Virus record (IMG/VR): IMGVR_UViG_3300029243_000160
Span: 81,209 to 145,208 of that record
Direction: 5' to 3' (one strand)
From: a virus
Length of the DNA: 64,000 nt
Shown here: in pieces, positions 51,970 to 61,021 of the stretch
How the letters are laid out: each line of letters begins with the position of its first letter
Position numbering within the stretch: position 1 is the stretch's first letter
The notes under the pieces: model-generated
What the model was told of the DNA's origin: nothing
The model's database searches: none
Seen by the model: only the letters and a program-made list of their open reading frames with translations
Program-made: the position numbers and the translations under genes

Positions 51970-54081
51970 TTACTCTCTTACTGGAAGAGAAGCGATTGTG
52001 TGAACCAAGAACTGCAACAGAGCAGTGGAATCGTTGGCATCAATGTTACCGTCCGCATAGCACTCTGCATTGTCCTTTGCCTGCTCGTTCAGCATAACAG
52101 AACCTGCGGTTGCCTTGTTCAGCAGAACAGCATCGGAGATGTCCACTCTGCCGTCCAGCGTAACATCGCCCAGCAGAATTGTACCACTGCTGCCCTGTGT
52201 GGTTACTGTAGTGGTGGTTGTGGAAGAACCCTGTCCTGTGGTGCTGGTGGTCGTTGTGCCACCGTCCAGAGCAACGAACGGAATGTTGTTCGCAGTAGCA
52301 TATGCTTCTACAGTAGAACCTGTATAACCATACAGTGTCAGGTTATCGCAACTACCAAATGCTTTGTTCTCAATCATAATATCTGTTCTGGTAATCTTAG
52401 CTTCTCGCAATCCGGTATTCACAAATGCGTATTTTCCAATGAATGTAACATTAGAAAAATCAAAAGATTCCAGCTGTCGGCAGCTGGAAAACTGACCGCC
52501 GTTCAATCTGAGTTCTCCGTCTCCATAGGTCTTTACAGTTGTGAGATTGTACATACTTGTAAATTCTATATTTGCAGAACAGTTTACGCCCTTTTTCCCA
52601 AGCTCGAACGGTCGTTCTGTGTTGTTCATGTACAGCTCCAATGTTGAAGAAATTTTATTTCCATCTTCATCAGAAGTTGCTGTCATAATATCATCAAAAG
52701 CACCTTCATACCATTGGCTATCGTCATATACACCCAGCTTCAAGGATTCCAGTTCGGCACAATTCTTGAAAGCTTCGTTGTCAAAAAGGTGTGCAGAAGT
52801 TAAGTCCAAGCTTTTCAATTTATAGCAATTCACGAAAGCTTCTCTGCCGAAGCCAAGAGCGTTGCCAACATTGACCTTCGTCAGGTTTTCACAATAAGAG
52901 AAGTTTCCGTCACTATAATACAGCTCACCATTTCCGACTACTTCAAAAGTGTTCAGCAATCTATCTTCACGTTCAAAGTCATCAGGGAGAACATAAGCGT
53001 CCTCATTGTTGGTGTAAATCGTCATCGAATACGGCTTGACGTTTCCTTCACTTTTTTGTCTTCGCCCAAACGCATATTCTCCTATTTCCAGCTTATCGTT
53101 CAGGGCAATTTGAATATCGTTTGCACTTGTACAACCAAGAAAAGCAGCATCGCCAATGTACCGCAGATTTTTGTTCTTCAACTGAATCTCTGACAGCTGT
53201 GTACAGCCTTCAAACGCATCATCAGCAACAACAACGACATGAGAGAAATCAAAATTTCTCAGCATAGTGTTGTTCCGAAACGCCATGTTTCCGATGCCAA
53301 CTTCTCCGTCACCTTCAAAGCGTACTTCACGGATTCTGTTGCTGTCATAAAATCCGCTAGAAATTGTCATCATGTTGCTCTTATCCATATTGAGCTGGAA
53401 GGTCAAAGTGAACGCCGTTCCAAAAGCTTTGCTCTCACCAAAAATATGCTGACCTATGCCGTTAAGCTGTGCTGCTTCACAGTTTTTATCAGTAATACTG
53501 ATTGTGACTTCTTCCAGAGAAGAACAGCCACTGAACGCTTCGTTGCCAACACGCCCCAGTTTCGTATTTGTCAGATTTACAGTCGTCAGCTTTTCACAAC
53601 CCATAAATGCGTAGTCCAACATATCTACGATTTTCTCAAAAGCCACCGTCTTCATGCGAGAACAGCCGTGAAATGCGTCCTTGTAGAGTACCATTTCTTC
53701 ATTTTCAAAGTCCACAGACTTCAAATTGGTGCAGTTTGCAAATGCGGCTTCGCCAATAAATTTCACATCTTCTGCCAGTGTCAGGCTGACGTTTTCCAGT
53801 TCACGGAATGCTTCTGTAGTGCCAGTCACAGTATAATTACCGTCACCATTATCTTCAAACGTAAAGTAATCTGTCTGACTGGTATCACACTGTACCTCTA
53901 CAGGAACATTTGTAGTGGCTTCTACAAGCACAGGTGCTGTATCAGATACAATAGTGTCGCTGTCTGTTACAACAACATCACTTGCAGGAAGGTCTACCGC
54001 CCACGCAGTCATCGGCAGTGCCTGTATACACATGACACCAGCCAACAGCAAACCTGCTGCCGTTCGTTTTAATTTCTTCAT
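51970..54081 (-). CDS. BspA-type leucine-rich-repeat surface protein with a C-terminal type-I dockerin
   Basis: Signal peptide. Many F.gC..L..v repeats. C-terminal GDVTLDGRVDISDAVLLNK...GNIDANDSTALLQF dockerin. Confidence 0.9.
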   Translation of the reverse strand: MKKLKRTAAGLLLAGVMCIQALPMTAWAVDLPASDVVVTDSDTIVSDTAPVLVEATTNVPVEVQCDTSQTDYFTFEDNGDGNYTVTGTTEAFRELENVSLTLAEDVKFIGEAAFANCTNLKSVDFENEEMVLYKDAFHGCSRMKTVAFEKIVDMLDYAFMGCEKLTTVNLTNTKLGRVGNEAFSGCSSLEEVTISITDKNCEAAQLNGIGQHIFGESKAFGTAFTLTFQLNMDKSNMMTISSGFYDSNRIREVRFEGDGEVGIGNMAFRNNTMLRNFDFSHVVVVADDAFEGCTQLSEIQLKNKNLRYIGDAAFLGCTSANDIQIALNDKLEIGEYAFGRRQKSEGNVKPYSMTIYTNNEDAYVLPDDFEREDRLLNTFEVVGNGELYYSDGNFSYCENLTKVNVGNALGFGREAFVNCYKLKSLDLTSAHLFDNEAFKNCAELESLKLGVYDDSQWYEGAFDDIMTATSDEDGNKISSTLELYMNNTERPFELGKKGVNCSANIEFTSMYNLTTVKTYGDGELRLNGGQFSSCRQLESFDFSNVTFIGKYAFVNTGLREAKITRTDIMIENKAFGSCDNLTLYGYTGSTVEAYATANNIPFVALDGGTTTTSTTGQGSSTTTTTVTTQGSSGTILLGDVTLDGRVDISDAVLLNKATAGSVMLNEQAKDNAECYADGNIDANDSTALLQFLVHTIASLPVRE

Positions 54082-54197
54082 GTTTCCTTGTCCTTTCAAA
54101 ATATCTATCTGATTTGCTTTTTTATAAAAGCTGGAGAATGGTGCATCATTTCCAGCGTTTTACCTCAGCTGATTTGTCAGTAAATATGCTGACTTTT

Positions 54198-54338
54198 TTA
54201 CTGCTTGTTTTTGATGTCAATGCGAACATTCACATCTGCCTTTGGTTTGTAGACAATTACGCCGTCCTTCTCCAAGCATTCAGCTTCGCCAGCTTTTACA
54301 GCTTCGATTGCCTTCATAAGCCAAACCATGTCAATCAT
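54198..54338 (-). CDS. Possible 46-aa small protein (below the ORF-track cutoff)
   Basis: ATGA overlap with the stop of 54335-54973. A terminator hairpin follows. Confidence 0.4.
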   Translation of the reverse strand: MIDMVWLMKAIEAVKAGEAECLEKDGVIVYKPKADVNVRIDIKNKQ

Positions 54339-54973
54339 ACTCCACACTTCCTTTCCAAATAGATTGATTGAATTTCTATGCCTTTTTCCAGTCTCGGCAG
54401 CAGGACGTTCTTCACTTCCTGCACAGCCTCTCTTGCCAGCTTTTCAGCCTCTTCCTTTCGTGAGAGCGTATCTGTATGTTTTCCCAGCTTGCTGACAGGA
54501 AACGGAACGAGTTCTCCGTTTGTCAACTGTACATTGATAAAGAAAATGTACTGAATCGCCACGCTGTCGAAAATCATGCCTTCCTGAATCTGTTCCTCAA
54601 AAGAAAGTGTTTCTCTCCAAGGGAACGATTTTACAAGGCGATATATGCCATATTTCCAATACGATTTCGGGCTGTACGGTTCAAACATGAAAACGCCTTC
54701 ACTTTCCAGCCGATGCAATTCTGCCCGAACTTTCTTCGGATTCAGACTGCTTCGAGCAGATGCGATTTTCTTGACGGTTTTGTCATCTGCATCGTCTATC
54801 AGATAAATCGTGCCGTCTTCATTTCTGGAACAATTCCGGAAAATTTCTGCTGTTACCTGAAAGCAAAACTTGCCGTCACAGCTGTCGTGCATGGCTTCTG
54901 TAATATCCAGATAACCGCCGTCCTTCATGGCAACATACTTTCCTTCAAACCAGTTTGATGATTTCTTTTTCAT
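54335..54973 (-). CDS. Hypothetical protein
   Basis: 212 aa with SD AAGAGG. Confidence 0.6.
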   Translation of the reverse strand: MKKKSSNWFEGKYVAMKDGGYLDITEAMHDSCDGKFCFQVTAEIFRNCSRNEDGTIYLIDDADDKTVKKIASARSSLNPKKVRAELHRLESEGVFMFEPYSPKSYWKYGIYRLVKSFPWRETLSFEEQIQEGMIFDSVAIQYIFFINVQLTNGELVPFPVSKLGKHTDTLSRKEEAEKLAREAVQEVKNVLLPRLEKGIEIQSIYLERKCGV

Positions 54974-55175
54974 GCTTAACCTCTTATTTGTGTGCTTGTG
55001 GGATTTGCGAATGATTGGAGCAGTCAGACAATGTAACGTCCTTTGGAATTTTCATGATATAAGATATATAGCAAATCAATTGAACAATATGATAACTCTT
55101 TGCGAACAGCAAAAACCCCTTGTAAGTTATCATTTTGCCGTTGATTATTCGCTCGTCCGCAGGAAATGCCACGTT

Positions 55176-55634
55176 TTATTTTGCGGAATACAGCTTATGC
55201 TTGTCCGAAAAATTCATGAGCCATTCATGAGCCATTTTTTCTGCTTCATCAAACGTGTTGCCTGTTACTTTAAGGAAAATTGCTCGCTTGTGAAGTAGTG
55301 TACTCAGCAGAACATTATCTCTGTCTGCATCGTTGCTGACAGTATACCACTGTCCGGATTTACCGAAATACACAATGTATTCTCGCTTTTCCACTCCGTT
55401 ATCAGAAGTTGTTTCCACAGAAAGAATGTCGTTCTCAAAGATTGGATTGTCGCTCCGGTCTTGAAATCCGGTATACTGGCTCACGGTTTCTCCGCAAACC
55501 ACATAATCGGTGTCGTCCTTGCCACGAATGAAGTGCTGTACAGACTTTCCGGTTAAAAAGTTCTCCTTGTAATAGTAGCCTTCTACCCATTTTCTGTTGC
55601 TTTCTCGCTTTGCCTTAAATAAAATCTCTCTCAT
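55176..55634 (-). CDS. YopX-family phage protein (copy 1)
   Basis: MREILFKAKR...KWVEGYYY...QYTGFQD...IFENDIL is typical of YopX. First gene after type-2 cassette copy b. Confidence 0.8.
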   Translation of the reverse strand: MREILFKAKRESNRKWVEGYYYKENFLTGKSVQHFIRGKDDTDYVVCGETVSQYTGFQDRSDNPIFENDILSVETTSDNGVEKREYIVYFGKSGQWYTVSNDADRDNVLLSTLLHKRAIFLKVTGNTFDEAEKMAHEWLMNFSDKHKLYSAK

Positions 55635-55668
55635 GACAGGTCAGCTCCTTTGGTTTCTTATTGCCTTT

Positions 55669-55752
55669 ACCTTACATATACTATTTTATCATATCTGCTG
55701 TAAGATATATTGTGCTTTGTCTGTCTGAATCGTAAACCTTTTGTAAATATCG
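55669..55752 (-). promoter_or_regulatory. Type-2 cassette copy b
   Basis: Near-identical to copy a except for the inverted 18-mer. Confidence 0.6.
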
Positions 55753-55756
55753 AAAT

Positions 55757-56398
55757 TTACTTGGTTTTCCGTTTGGTACTTTCAAATCCGTATTGGCAAT
55801 ATGTACAAGTGAACTGCAAGAACAACTCTCGCAGCAGTGAAGCCGGAGTATCTGCAAAACCTTTTTCACGGCTCATTTTGTAAAGCGTTCTGGACAGTTC
55901 AAACAAATCGCAAGAAGCTTCTGTATCTCCCAGAATCTTTTTTGCCCAAGAAATTTTATTTCCGTCATGTCCTCTGAATGGTTCACACCATTTCAAATAA
56001 AACTCTCTGTCATCAATATTCTTTGTGGCGTGGTTATAAATGCTCACCATTCTATTGTATGCCTCGAAGCATAGCTGACTTACCAGAGCGTTCCAGTTAT
56101 TGTAACTGATAGTTTCTGTGCATTGACGCATCAGCTTATAGATGAAATCGTCCTTCGGGTTCTGAGCTGGAGCAGACTGTTCCTGATTCTTCTGATAAGA
56201 GCAGGAATCATCGCTGGCATTCTCAAATGCCATGACCAGTTTCAGGTCATTGCCGTCTTTCCGGTAAAATCCTGTACTGATGCCCTCGCAGTCCAGATAA
56301 AGCAGCAGTTCGCACTCAATACCTTTGCCGTTCAGAGATTTTCTCTGATACCACTTGCCACTTTCCAGCTTTACCTTGCTTGTTACTTTACAAATCAT
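55757..56398 (-). CDS. Hypothetical protein
   Basis: 213 aa with SD AGAGG. Confidence 0.6.
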   Translation of the reverse strand: MICKVTSKVKLESGKWYQRKSLNGKGIECELLLYLDCEGISTGFYRKDGNDLKLVMAFENASDDSCSYQKNQEQSAPAQNPKDDFIYKLMRQCTETISYNNWNALVSQLCFEAYNRMVSIYNHATKNIDDREFYLKWCEPFRGHDGNKISWAKKILGDTEASCDLFELSRTLYKMSREKGFADTPASLLRELFLQFTCTYCQYGFESTKRKTK

Positions 56399-56610
56399 AC
56401 TGTACCTCTTCTTTCTGCTTGTTTTGCTTCGTGATAACTTATCGTCAGATTATTCCAACTGTCCACTATGGGGCAGCCTTTTGGACAACTTCCGATTGTG
56501 GTTTCTGTCATCACCGGAGAGATGCACTCTGGATTCCGGCAGAACAACCAATCGTCATATTCACAAGGCTCATCATCAAAATTTATGCCTTTGCAGGCTG
56601 CTTCAAGCAT
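56395..56610 (-). CDS. Hypothetical small Cys-rich protein
   Basis: 71 aa. Overlaps both neighbouring genes by a few nt. Confidence 0.5.
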   Translation of the reverse strand: MLEAACKGINFDDEPCEYDDWLFCRNPECISPVMTETTIGSCPKGCPIVDSWNNLTISYHEAKQAERRGTV

Positions 56611-57004
56611 TGAGCATCACCTCAGAGATTTTTTCCATATTATCAAATGCGTTGTCAACGACCTCATAGCGAACCGCCAACGTCAGCTTAAACAAGTCAT
56701 ACACTTCCTGTTCTTTGTTTATGCTGACAGCAACCCAGTTTCCAGTAGGCTCGCAGAAATACACAAGAAAGTCGGTGAAATCTTCTGGCTTTTCCGAGTG
56801 CCACACACGGAGAATATCGCTTTCAAAGATTCTCCGGACGTTTGCATCATAGAATCCGGTAAATTCGCATAACGTCTCCGGATAGACGTGATAATCTGTA
56901 TCGCCCTGTCGGATATAACAGCTTTTCTCACCGTCTTTGAAGAAATACCCTTCTACCCACCGTGCATTGCTTGTTCGCTTTGCTCTGAACAAAATTTCTC
57001 TCAT
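56603..57004 (-). CDS. YopX-family phage protein (copy 2)
   Basis: MREILFRAKR...RWVEGYFF...EFTGFYD...IFESDIL. Paralog of 55176-55634. Confidence 0.8.
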   Translation of the reverse strand: MREILFRAKRTSNARWVEGYFFKDGEKSCYIRQGDTDYHVYPETLCEFTGFYDANVRRIFESDILRVWHSEKPEDFTDFLVYFCEPTGNWVAVSINKEQEVYDLFKLTLAVRYEVVDNAFDNMEKISEVMLNA

Positions 57005-57152
57005 GGTTACTCCTTTTGGTCAATGAACAATCATTTGTGGGCTGGTTTTTCTTTTAAGTCGCACCAGCGGACGACATACTATGTCAATGATTCGTACTTC
57101 GGTATCTTTATCAAATCTCTGTAACTGTTCAATAAGTTCTTTTACTTGTATT

Positions 57153-57383
57153 TTATAGCACCCTCGTGTTCCAAGCCTCTGTTACTTGTAATTCACAAAG
57201 TTCACGCTCATTGTACTGATTATTGTCCAAATTGATTCCAACAACTGGACTTCTTGCATGACATTTCATACATCTTACTGTAACAGAACAATGTTTTTTA
57301 CCGTAATTAAAAGTACGCTTACTTTCAATCTTTAGTTTTGTGCTACCACAGAACGGACAAGGTTTTAATTTATTTTCACTCAT
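57153..57383 (-). CDS. Lar-family restriction-alleviation-like zinc protein
   Basis: ATG57383 with SD GAGGTG. LKPCPFCGS...CMKC...EAWNTR. Confidence 0.75.
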   Translation of the reverse strand: MSENKLKPCPFCGSTKLKIESKRTFNYGKKHCSVTVRCMKCHARSPVVGINLDNNQYNERELCELQVTEAWNTRVL

Positions 57384-57432
57384 TATTTCACCTCGCAGTT
57401 TCTTTGCTATTTCCCTTAGACGTTGCACCATA

Positions 57433-57705
57433 CTATTCTTCAACTATTTCTTTTTCATCATCTTTGGCAACAATTTTATATTTAACTCTCCGCACATCTA
57501 TTGATTCGGAATCGCCAATGTAAAAAGAATCAAAGACAGTTAAGTCAATCACAATTCTTTCACCAACATAGTTTTCGTCCACGCACATATAAATATGGTC
57601 TGTGAAACGATGCTCTCTATCACCATATCTGAATGTAAACGTCTCTCCGTCTTTGATTTCTGAAAATGAAATGTACGCCGAAGGTGGAAAATTCTTATGT
57701 TCGCT
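57433..57705 (-). CDS. Hypothetical small protein
   Basis: ATG57705 (MSEHKNF). Confidence 0.5.
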   Translation of the reverse strand, partial: SEHKNFPPSAYISFSEIKDGETFTFRYGDREHRFTDHIYMCVDENYVGERIVIDLTVFDSFYIGDSESIDVRRVKYKIVAKDDEKEIVEE

Positions 57706-57736
57706 CATCGTGTTACACCTCTGTATCAAGGACAGA

Positions 57737-58264
57737 TTAGTTGTCAAAGACGTGTTCTTCGCAGTAATCACACCATTCCTTCTTCATGTCAGTGATAGCT
57801 TGTTTGTAGTCTTCTCCGTTCAGGATTCGCTCCAACGCCTTCTTTCCGGCAGCGGCTCTCGCATTATTGCTGGAAGAATAAGCGTAGCTCTCAGCTTTCA
57901 TGTAAGCATTTGCTCTGTGGTACTTCCGCACCAGTTCTTCCAGACTTGCTTCCGGCTTCTTCGGTGCTTTTCCCTCTGCATCATCTTCGATGAAACGGCG
58001 GTAAGCAATATAGTATTCCTTCCATGCAATCGAGGCATCTTCCAGCTCCTGCAATCCTTCGATTGCATTCATCTTTTTCAGACGCTCCAGATGCTGTTGT
58101 TCTTCGATTGCCTTCTGTTCTTCAATGTAGGCAATGATTTCATCTCTATGTTCTTTGATGTATGCCTTGTCATCTTCGTGTTTCAGGATTTCTCTCCTTA
58201 CGCAAAGGTTTTTGTTCGGGTTTGCTCTGATAGTGTACTTCTCCACAATTTCCGGAATAGTCAT
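57737..58264 (-). CDS. Hypothetical protein (paralog pair B, copy 2)
   Basis: SD AAGGAG. Shares a long similar block with 58535-59065 (EGLQELEDA..AW.EYY....RFIE..AEGKAPKKPEA.L.ELV.KY.R.NAY). Confidence 0.6.
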   Translation of the reverse strand: MTIPEIVEKYTIRANPNKNLCVRREILKHEDDKAYIKEHRDEIIAYIEEQKAIEEQQHLERLKKMNAIEGLQELEDASIAWKEYYIAYRRFIEDDAEGKAPKKPEASLEELVRKYHRANAYMKAESYAYSSSNNARAAAGKKALERILNGEDYKQAITDMKKEWCDYCEEHVFDN

Positions 58265-58518
58265 ATAAGCTCCTTATCAGTTTTGGATTCCAGTTCTTTC
58301 ATCAACAGCAAGATAAGAGCGTTGATTTCATCGACAGTTAGCCAGTATATTTCACCGCCATATCCACCCCTTTTCAGCACCTTATCAGCCAGCGTGTCTA
58401 TGTGTACTTGCAGAAAGTATTCCCTCAATGAAAAGCGGTTGTCCCACGCTTTCTGCACAATCTTTTGCATTTGCTGATTGTGTTCTGCCATGAAGCATAT
58501 CTGCATTTTTCGTTGCAT
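58261..58518 (-). CDS. Hypothetical small protein
   Basis: 85 aa with ATGA overlap to the downstream gene. Confidence 0.5.
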   Translation of the reverse strand: MQRKMQICFMAEHNQQMQKIVQKAWDNRFSLREYFLQVHIDTLADKVLKRGGYGGEIYWLTVDEINALILLLMKELESKTDKELI

Positions 58519-58534
58519 TTACTTACACGTCCTC

Positions 58535-59065
58535 TCAGTTGTCCCAAACGGTCTTATCACAATAATCTTTCCATTCCTGCTCCATGTCTGTGATAACTTG
58601 CTGATAGTCTTCACCGTTCAGGATTCTCTTCGCAGCCTTTCGCCCGATAGCAGCTTTGTGATAGTTGCTGGCAAAAGAAAACGCCTCGGCATTCAGGTAA
58701 GCATTGGTTCTCGGATATTTCTGAACCAGCTCTTTTAGGTTGGCTTCTGGCTTTTTGGGTGCTTTTCCCTCAGCTCCACGCTCAATAAATCTGTTATACC
58801 AGTAATAGTAATATTCCCACGCATCTTTTGCATCTTCCAGCTCACGCAAACCTTCCAGTGCATTCAGTTTTGCCTGTTGTTCCTCAGCTTCACGCTTCAT
58901 GCTTTCTTCATGTTCTTTCAGATAGTCAACGATTTCTGTCTTGTGACTTCTCACGAAGTCAAGATGCTCCTGATTCTCTGTAACGCTTCTGTTAAGGAAA
59001 ATCCTATCGTTATTTTCTATTCTGTGAATTTGATATATCTCAACAGCTTTTTCGATTGTCAGCAT
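58535..59065 (-). CDS. Hypothetical protein (paralog pair B, copy 1)
   Basis: ATG59065 with SD AAAGGAG. First gene after type-2 cassette copy c. Confidence 0.6.
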   Translation of the reverse strand: MLTIEKAVEIYQIHRIENNDRIFLNRSVTENQEHLDFVRSHKTEIVDYLKEHEESMKREAEEQQAKLNALEGLRELEDAKDAWEYYYYWYNRFIERGAEGKAPKKPEANLKELVQKYPRTNAYLNAEAFSFASNYHKAAIGRKAAKRILNGEDYQQVITDMEQEWKDYCDKTVWDN

Positions 59066-59097
59066 ATTAACCACTCCTTTGGCTTCTGCTTGTCTTT

Positions 59098-59176
59098 GCC
59101 TTACATATACTATTATATAGTATCTACTGTAAGATATATTGCAGTTTGTTTTGCTAACCTGTAAACCTTTTGTAAA
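59098..59176 (-). promoter_or_regulatory. Type-2 cassette copy c (-10 TATAAT)
   Basis: GCCTTACATATACTATTATATAGTATCTACTGTAAGATATATTGCAG...GTAAACCTTTTGTAAA. Confidence 0.6.
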
Positions 59177-59189
59177 GGTTGAAAAATGC

Positions 59190-59219
59190 AAAAATCAGCC
59201 CATACCACAGTACAGACTG
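59190..59219 (-). terminator. Intrinsic terminator, homolog of 51914-51942
   Basis: CAGUCUGUAC-UGUG-GUAUGGGCUG followed by a U-tract. Confidence 0.65.
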
Positions 59220-59228
59220 ACTTCTGCT

Positions 59229-59699
59229 TTACGCTTCCTTGATTCCCTTCTTGATTTTGACAAGCATCGAAAGATGAGCAAGAAAATCTTCATTGTTTGG
59301 CACTACAAGAAAACGGCACATGAAATTTGACAGCTTCAAAGTATGCAGAGTATTTGTTTCATCATCAACAAAAATGCAGTTCTTCGGCTCTTCATGTACC
59401 ATTTCCTGCAACAGCTTGTGGGACAGTTCTTCTGGAACTGCACTGCTGCCACCAGCAGAGAACAGAAAGATAATCTCTGCCATGAGTTTTGCTGCCTGCA
59501 TTGTTATCGCTACAGAACTGGTTTCCTTCATGCCGTAGTTGAATCTTGCAACGCAGATAGCTTCGGGAATGCCTGCCAGAGAGATGTACACGCCTGCACT
59601 GTGTGCTTCCTGCTTGGCATATACCTCAGCGATTGAATTGCCGTTGATGTACCGGACAACTTTATTGCTTTCTTCAACGATACGATTCACTTTAGTCAT
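59229..59699 (-). CDS. Hypothetical protein
   Basis: ATG59699 with SD GGGAGA. Confidence 0.55.
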   Translation of the reverse strand: MTKVNRIVEESNKVVRYINGNSIAEVYAKQEAHSAGVYISLAGIPEAICVARFNYGMKETSSVAITMQAAKLMAEIIFLFSAGGSSAVPEELSHKLLQEMVHEEPKNCIFVDDETNTLHTLKLSNFMCRFLVVPNNEDFLAHLSMLVKIKKGIKEA

Positions 59700-59886
59700 T
59701 GTTTCTCCCTTTTCTTCGCTCATAAAGTTCTGCCTTATACACGATTTCCTCAGCCGTATAATTGTCAAATACGGAGTGAATATCGCCGTCTTCTCCGGTG
59801 TCGAATGCGTCAGCAAATCTGCTGTCAAAGCAGCCGTCTTTCAGCCACTGAACCAGTTCAATACTGGTCATTGGAGTATTCTTCAC
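59692..59886 (-). CDS. Hypothetical small protein
   Basis: GTG start with GTGA overlap and SD GAGGGA. Confidence 0.45.
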   Translation of the reverse strand: MKNTPMTSIELVQWLKDGCFDSRFADAFDTGEDGDIHSVFDNYTAEEIVYKAELYERRKGRNND

Positions 59887-59999
59887 TTTTTGTCCCTCTT
59901 TTCTCGTTTGTCTGCCAAAATCAGCTCCACAATCAAATTCGCAAAGAACACGAATACAATGATGCCGATTACCAGCAGAACAGCTCCGGCTTTACTCAT
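59883..59999 (-). CDS. Possible 38-aa single-TM peptide
   Basis: ATG59999 with SD GGAG. The longer track ORF (to 60110) would overlap the upstream gene. Confidence 0.4.
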   Translation of the reverse strand: MSKAGAVLLVIGIIVFVFFANLIVELILADKREKRDKK

Positions 60000-60015
60000 C
60001 AGGTACACTCCTTTT

Positions 60016-60381
60016 TTATTGCGGACAATATACCAGTTTGTTTTCTCTTTTATTCCAGTACCAGTTTTCGCATTCTGCCGGAAAGCCTTTCTCATAGTGT
60101 GCATAAGCATACTGCTCTATGGCAGTATGGATTGCTCTGTCAGGAACAGCGTTCAGAACAGCCATGCGATAACTCTGGGTATTATCCCACACAAAGATTG
60201 TCACCTTTTTTATTTCTGCTTTTTGATACGTTACATTTGCTCCTGCAACTTCAAAGTGCCACCGCTTGCAGTCACGGCAGATAGTCAGTTCATTGGTTTC
60301 TTTCACATAATAGTGATATTCTTTCGGTAAACTCGCAAAAGCAAGCTGAAAGCGTTTCTTTTTCACTATCTGATTTTTCAT
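60016..60381 (-). CDS. Hypothetical protein
   Basis: 121 aa with ATGA overlap to the upstream gene. Confidence 0.55.
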   Translation of the reverse strand: MKNQIVKKKRFQLAFASLPKEYHYYVKETNELTICRDCKRWHFEVAGANVTYQKAEIKKVTIFVWDNTQSYRMAVLNAVPDRAIHTAIEQYAYAHYEKGFPAECENWYWNKRENKLVYCPQ

Positions 60382-60869
60382 GCCAAGTCCTTTTCTTCTG
60401 GAGAACTTGCATTGAACTCTGCTACTCGCAGGAGCTTCTTTGCAATTTCATAGTCCTGCTCCCAGACGCTCTTCTGAATTGGCTGCACGTCCATAACGCC
60501 AAGCAAAGCCAGTAATTTCTTCCAGAGGTCTGCTTCTGCGACAGGTCTGCCTTGTTCCGTTTCCCAGCCATTGTTCTGCCACTGCTGATACCGTTTCTGA
60601 ATCAACACATTTCTGACATATCCGCAATTGATGTACAAAGAGACCTTTGAACCGGATTCGACTGATTCAGAAAGTGTGCGGTTCAGAGCTGCCAGTGTTG
60701 CTGTCCGCAGCATTTCTGCCTGATTACCGTCTTTCTTTCCGAATGTAAAAGTAGTTATCATTCCGCAACAACCAATTGCTCTGTCCAGCAGATACACGCT
60801 GGAGCAGGCTTTTGAAGATGCACAGTTCCAGACGCTTTCTACATAGATGTCATAGTGTCTCTGTGTCAT
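60378..60869 (-). CDS. RNase H-like domain protein (divergent)
   Basis: YDIYVE..., LYINCGYVRNVLI..W..NGWETEQGRPV..ADLW resemble RNase HI motifs. ATG60869. Confidence 0.6.
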   Translation of the reverse strand: MTQRHYDIYVESVWNCASSKACSSVYLLDRAIGCCGMITTFTFGKKDGNQAEMLRTATLAALNRTLSESVESGSKVSLYINCGYVRNVLIQKRYQQWQNNGWETEQGRPVAEADLWKKLLALLGVMDVQPIQKSVWEQDYEIAKKLLRVAEFNASSPEEKDLA

Positions 60870-61021
60870 GCAATTGCACACTCCTTTTCCAGCTCCTGAG
60901 CAGGCTTCTTTGCCAAAATCTCATCGCAGGAACGCTCACGCTGATACTTCTTGTCCAGTTCTTCCAGCTTGGCAGCAAGCTGTTCCTTTGTGAAATTCAT
61001 GAAATAATGTTCTTTCGTCAT
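60866..61021 (-). CDS. Possible 51-aa protein (below the ORF-track cutoff)
   Basis: ATG61021 with SD AAAGGAG. ATGA overlap with the downstream gene. First coding sequence after the long non-coding leader. Confidence 0.45.
   Translation of the reverse strand: MTKEHYFMNFTKEQLAAKLEELDKKYQRERSCDEILAKKPAQELEKECAIA

Noticed and set aside
59883-60110. 75-aa version of the small TM ORF.
   Set aside because: It would overlap the well-coupled upstream gene 60016-60381 by ~95 nt. The internal ATG59999 has a good SD, so the 38-aa form is preferred.
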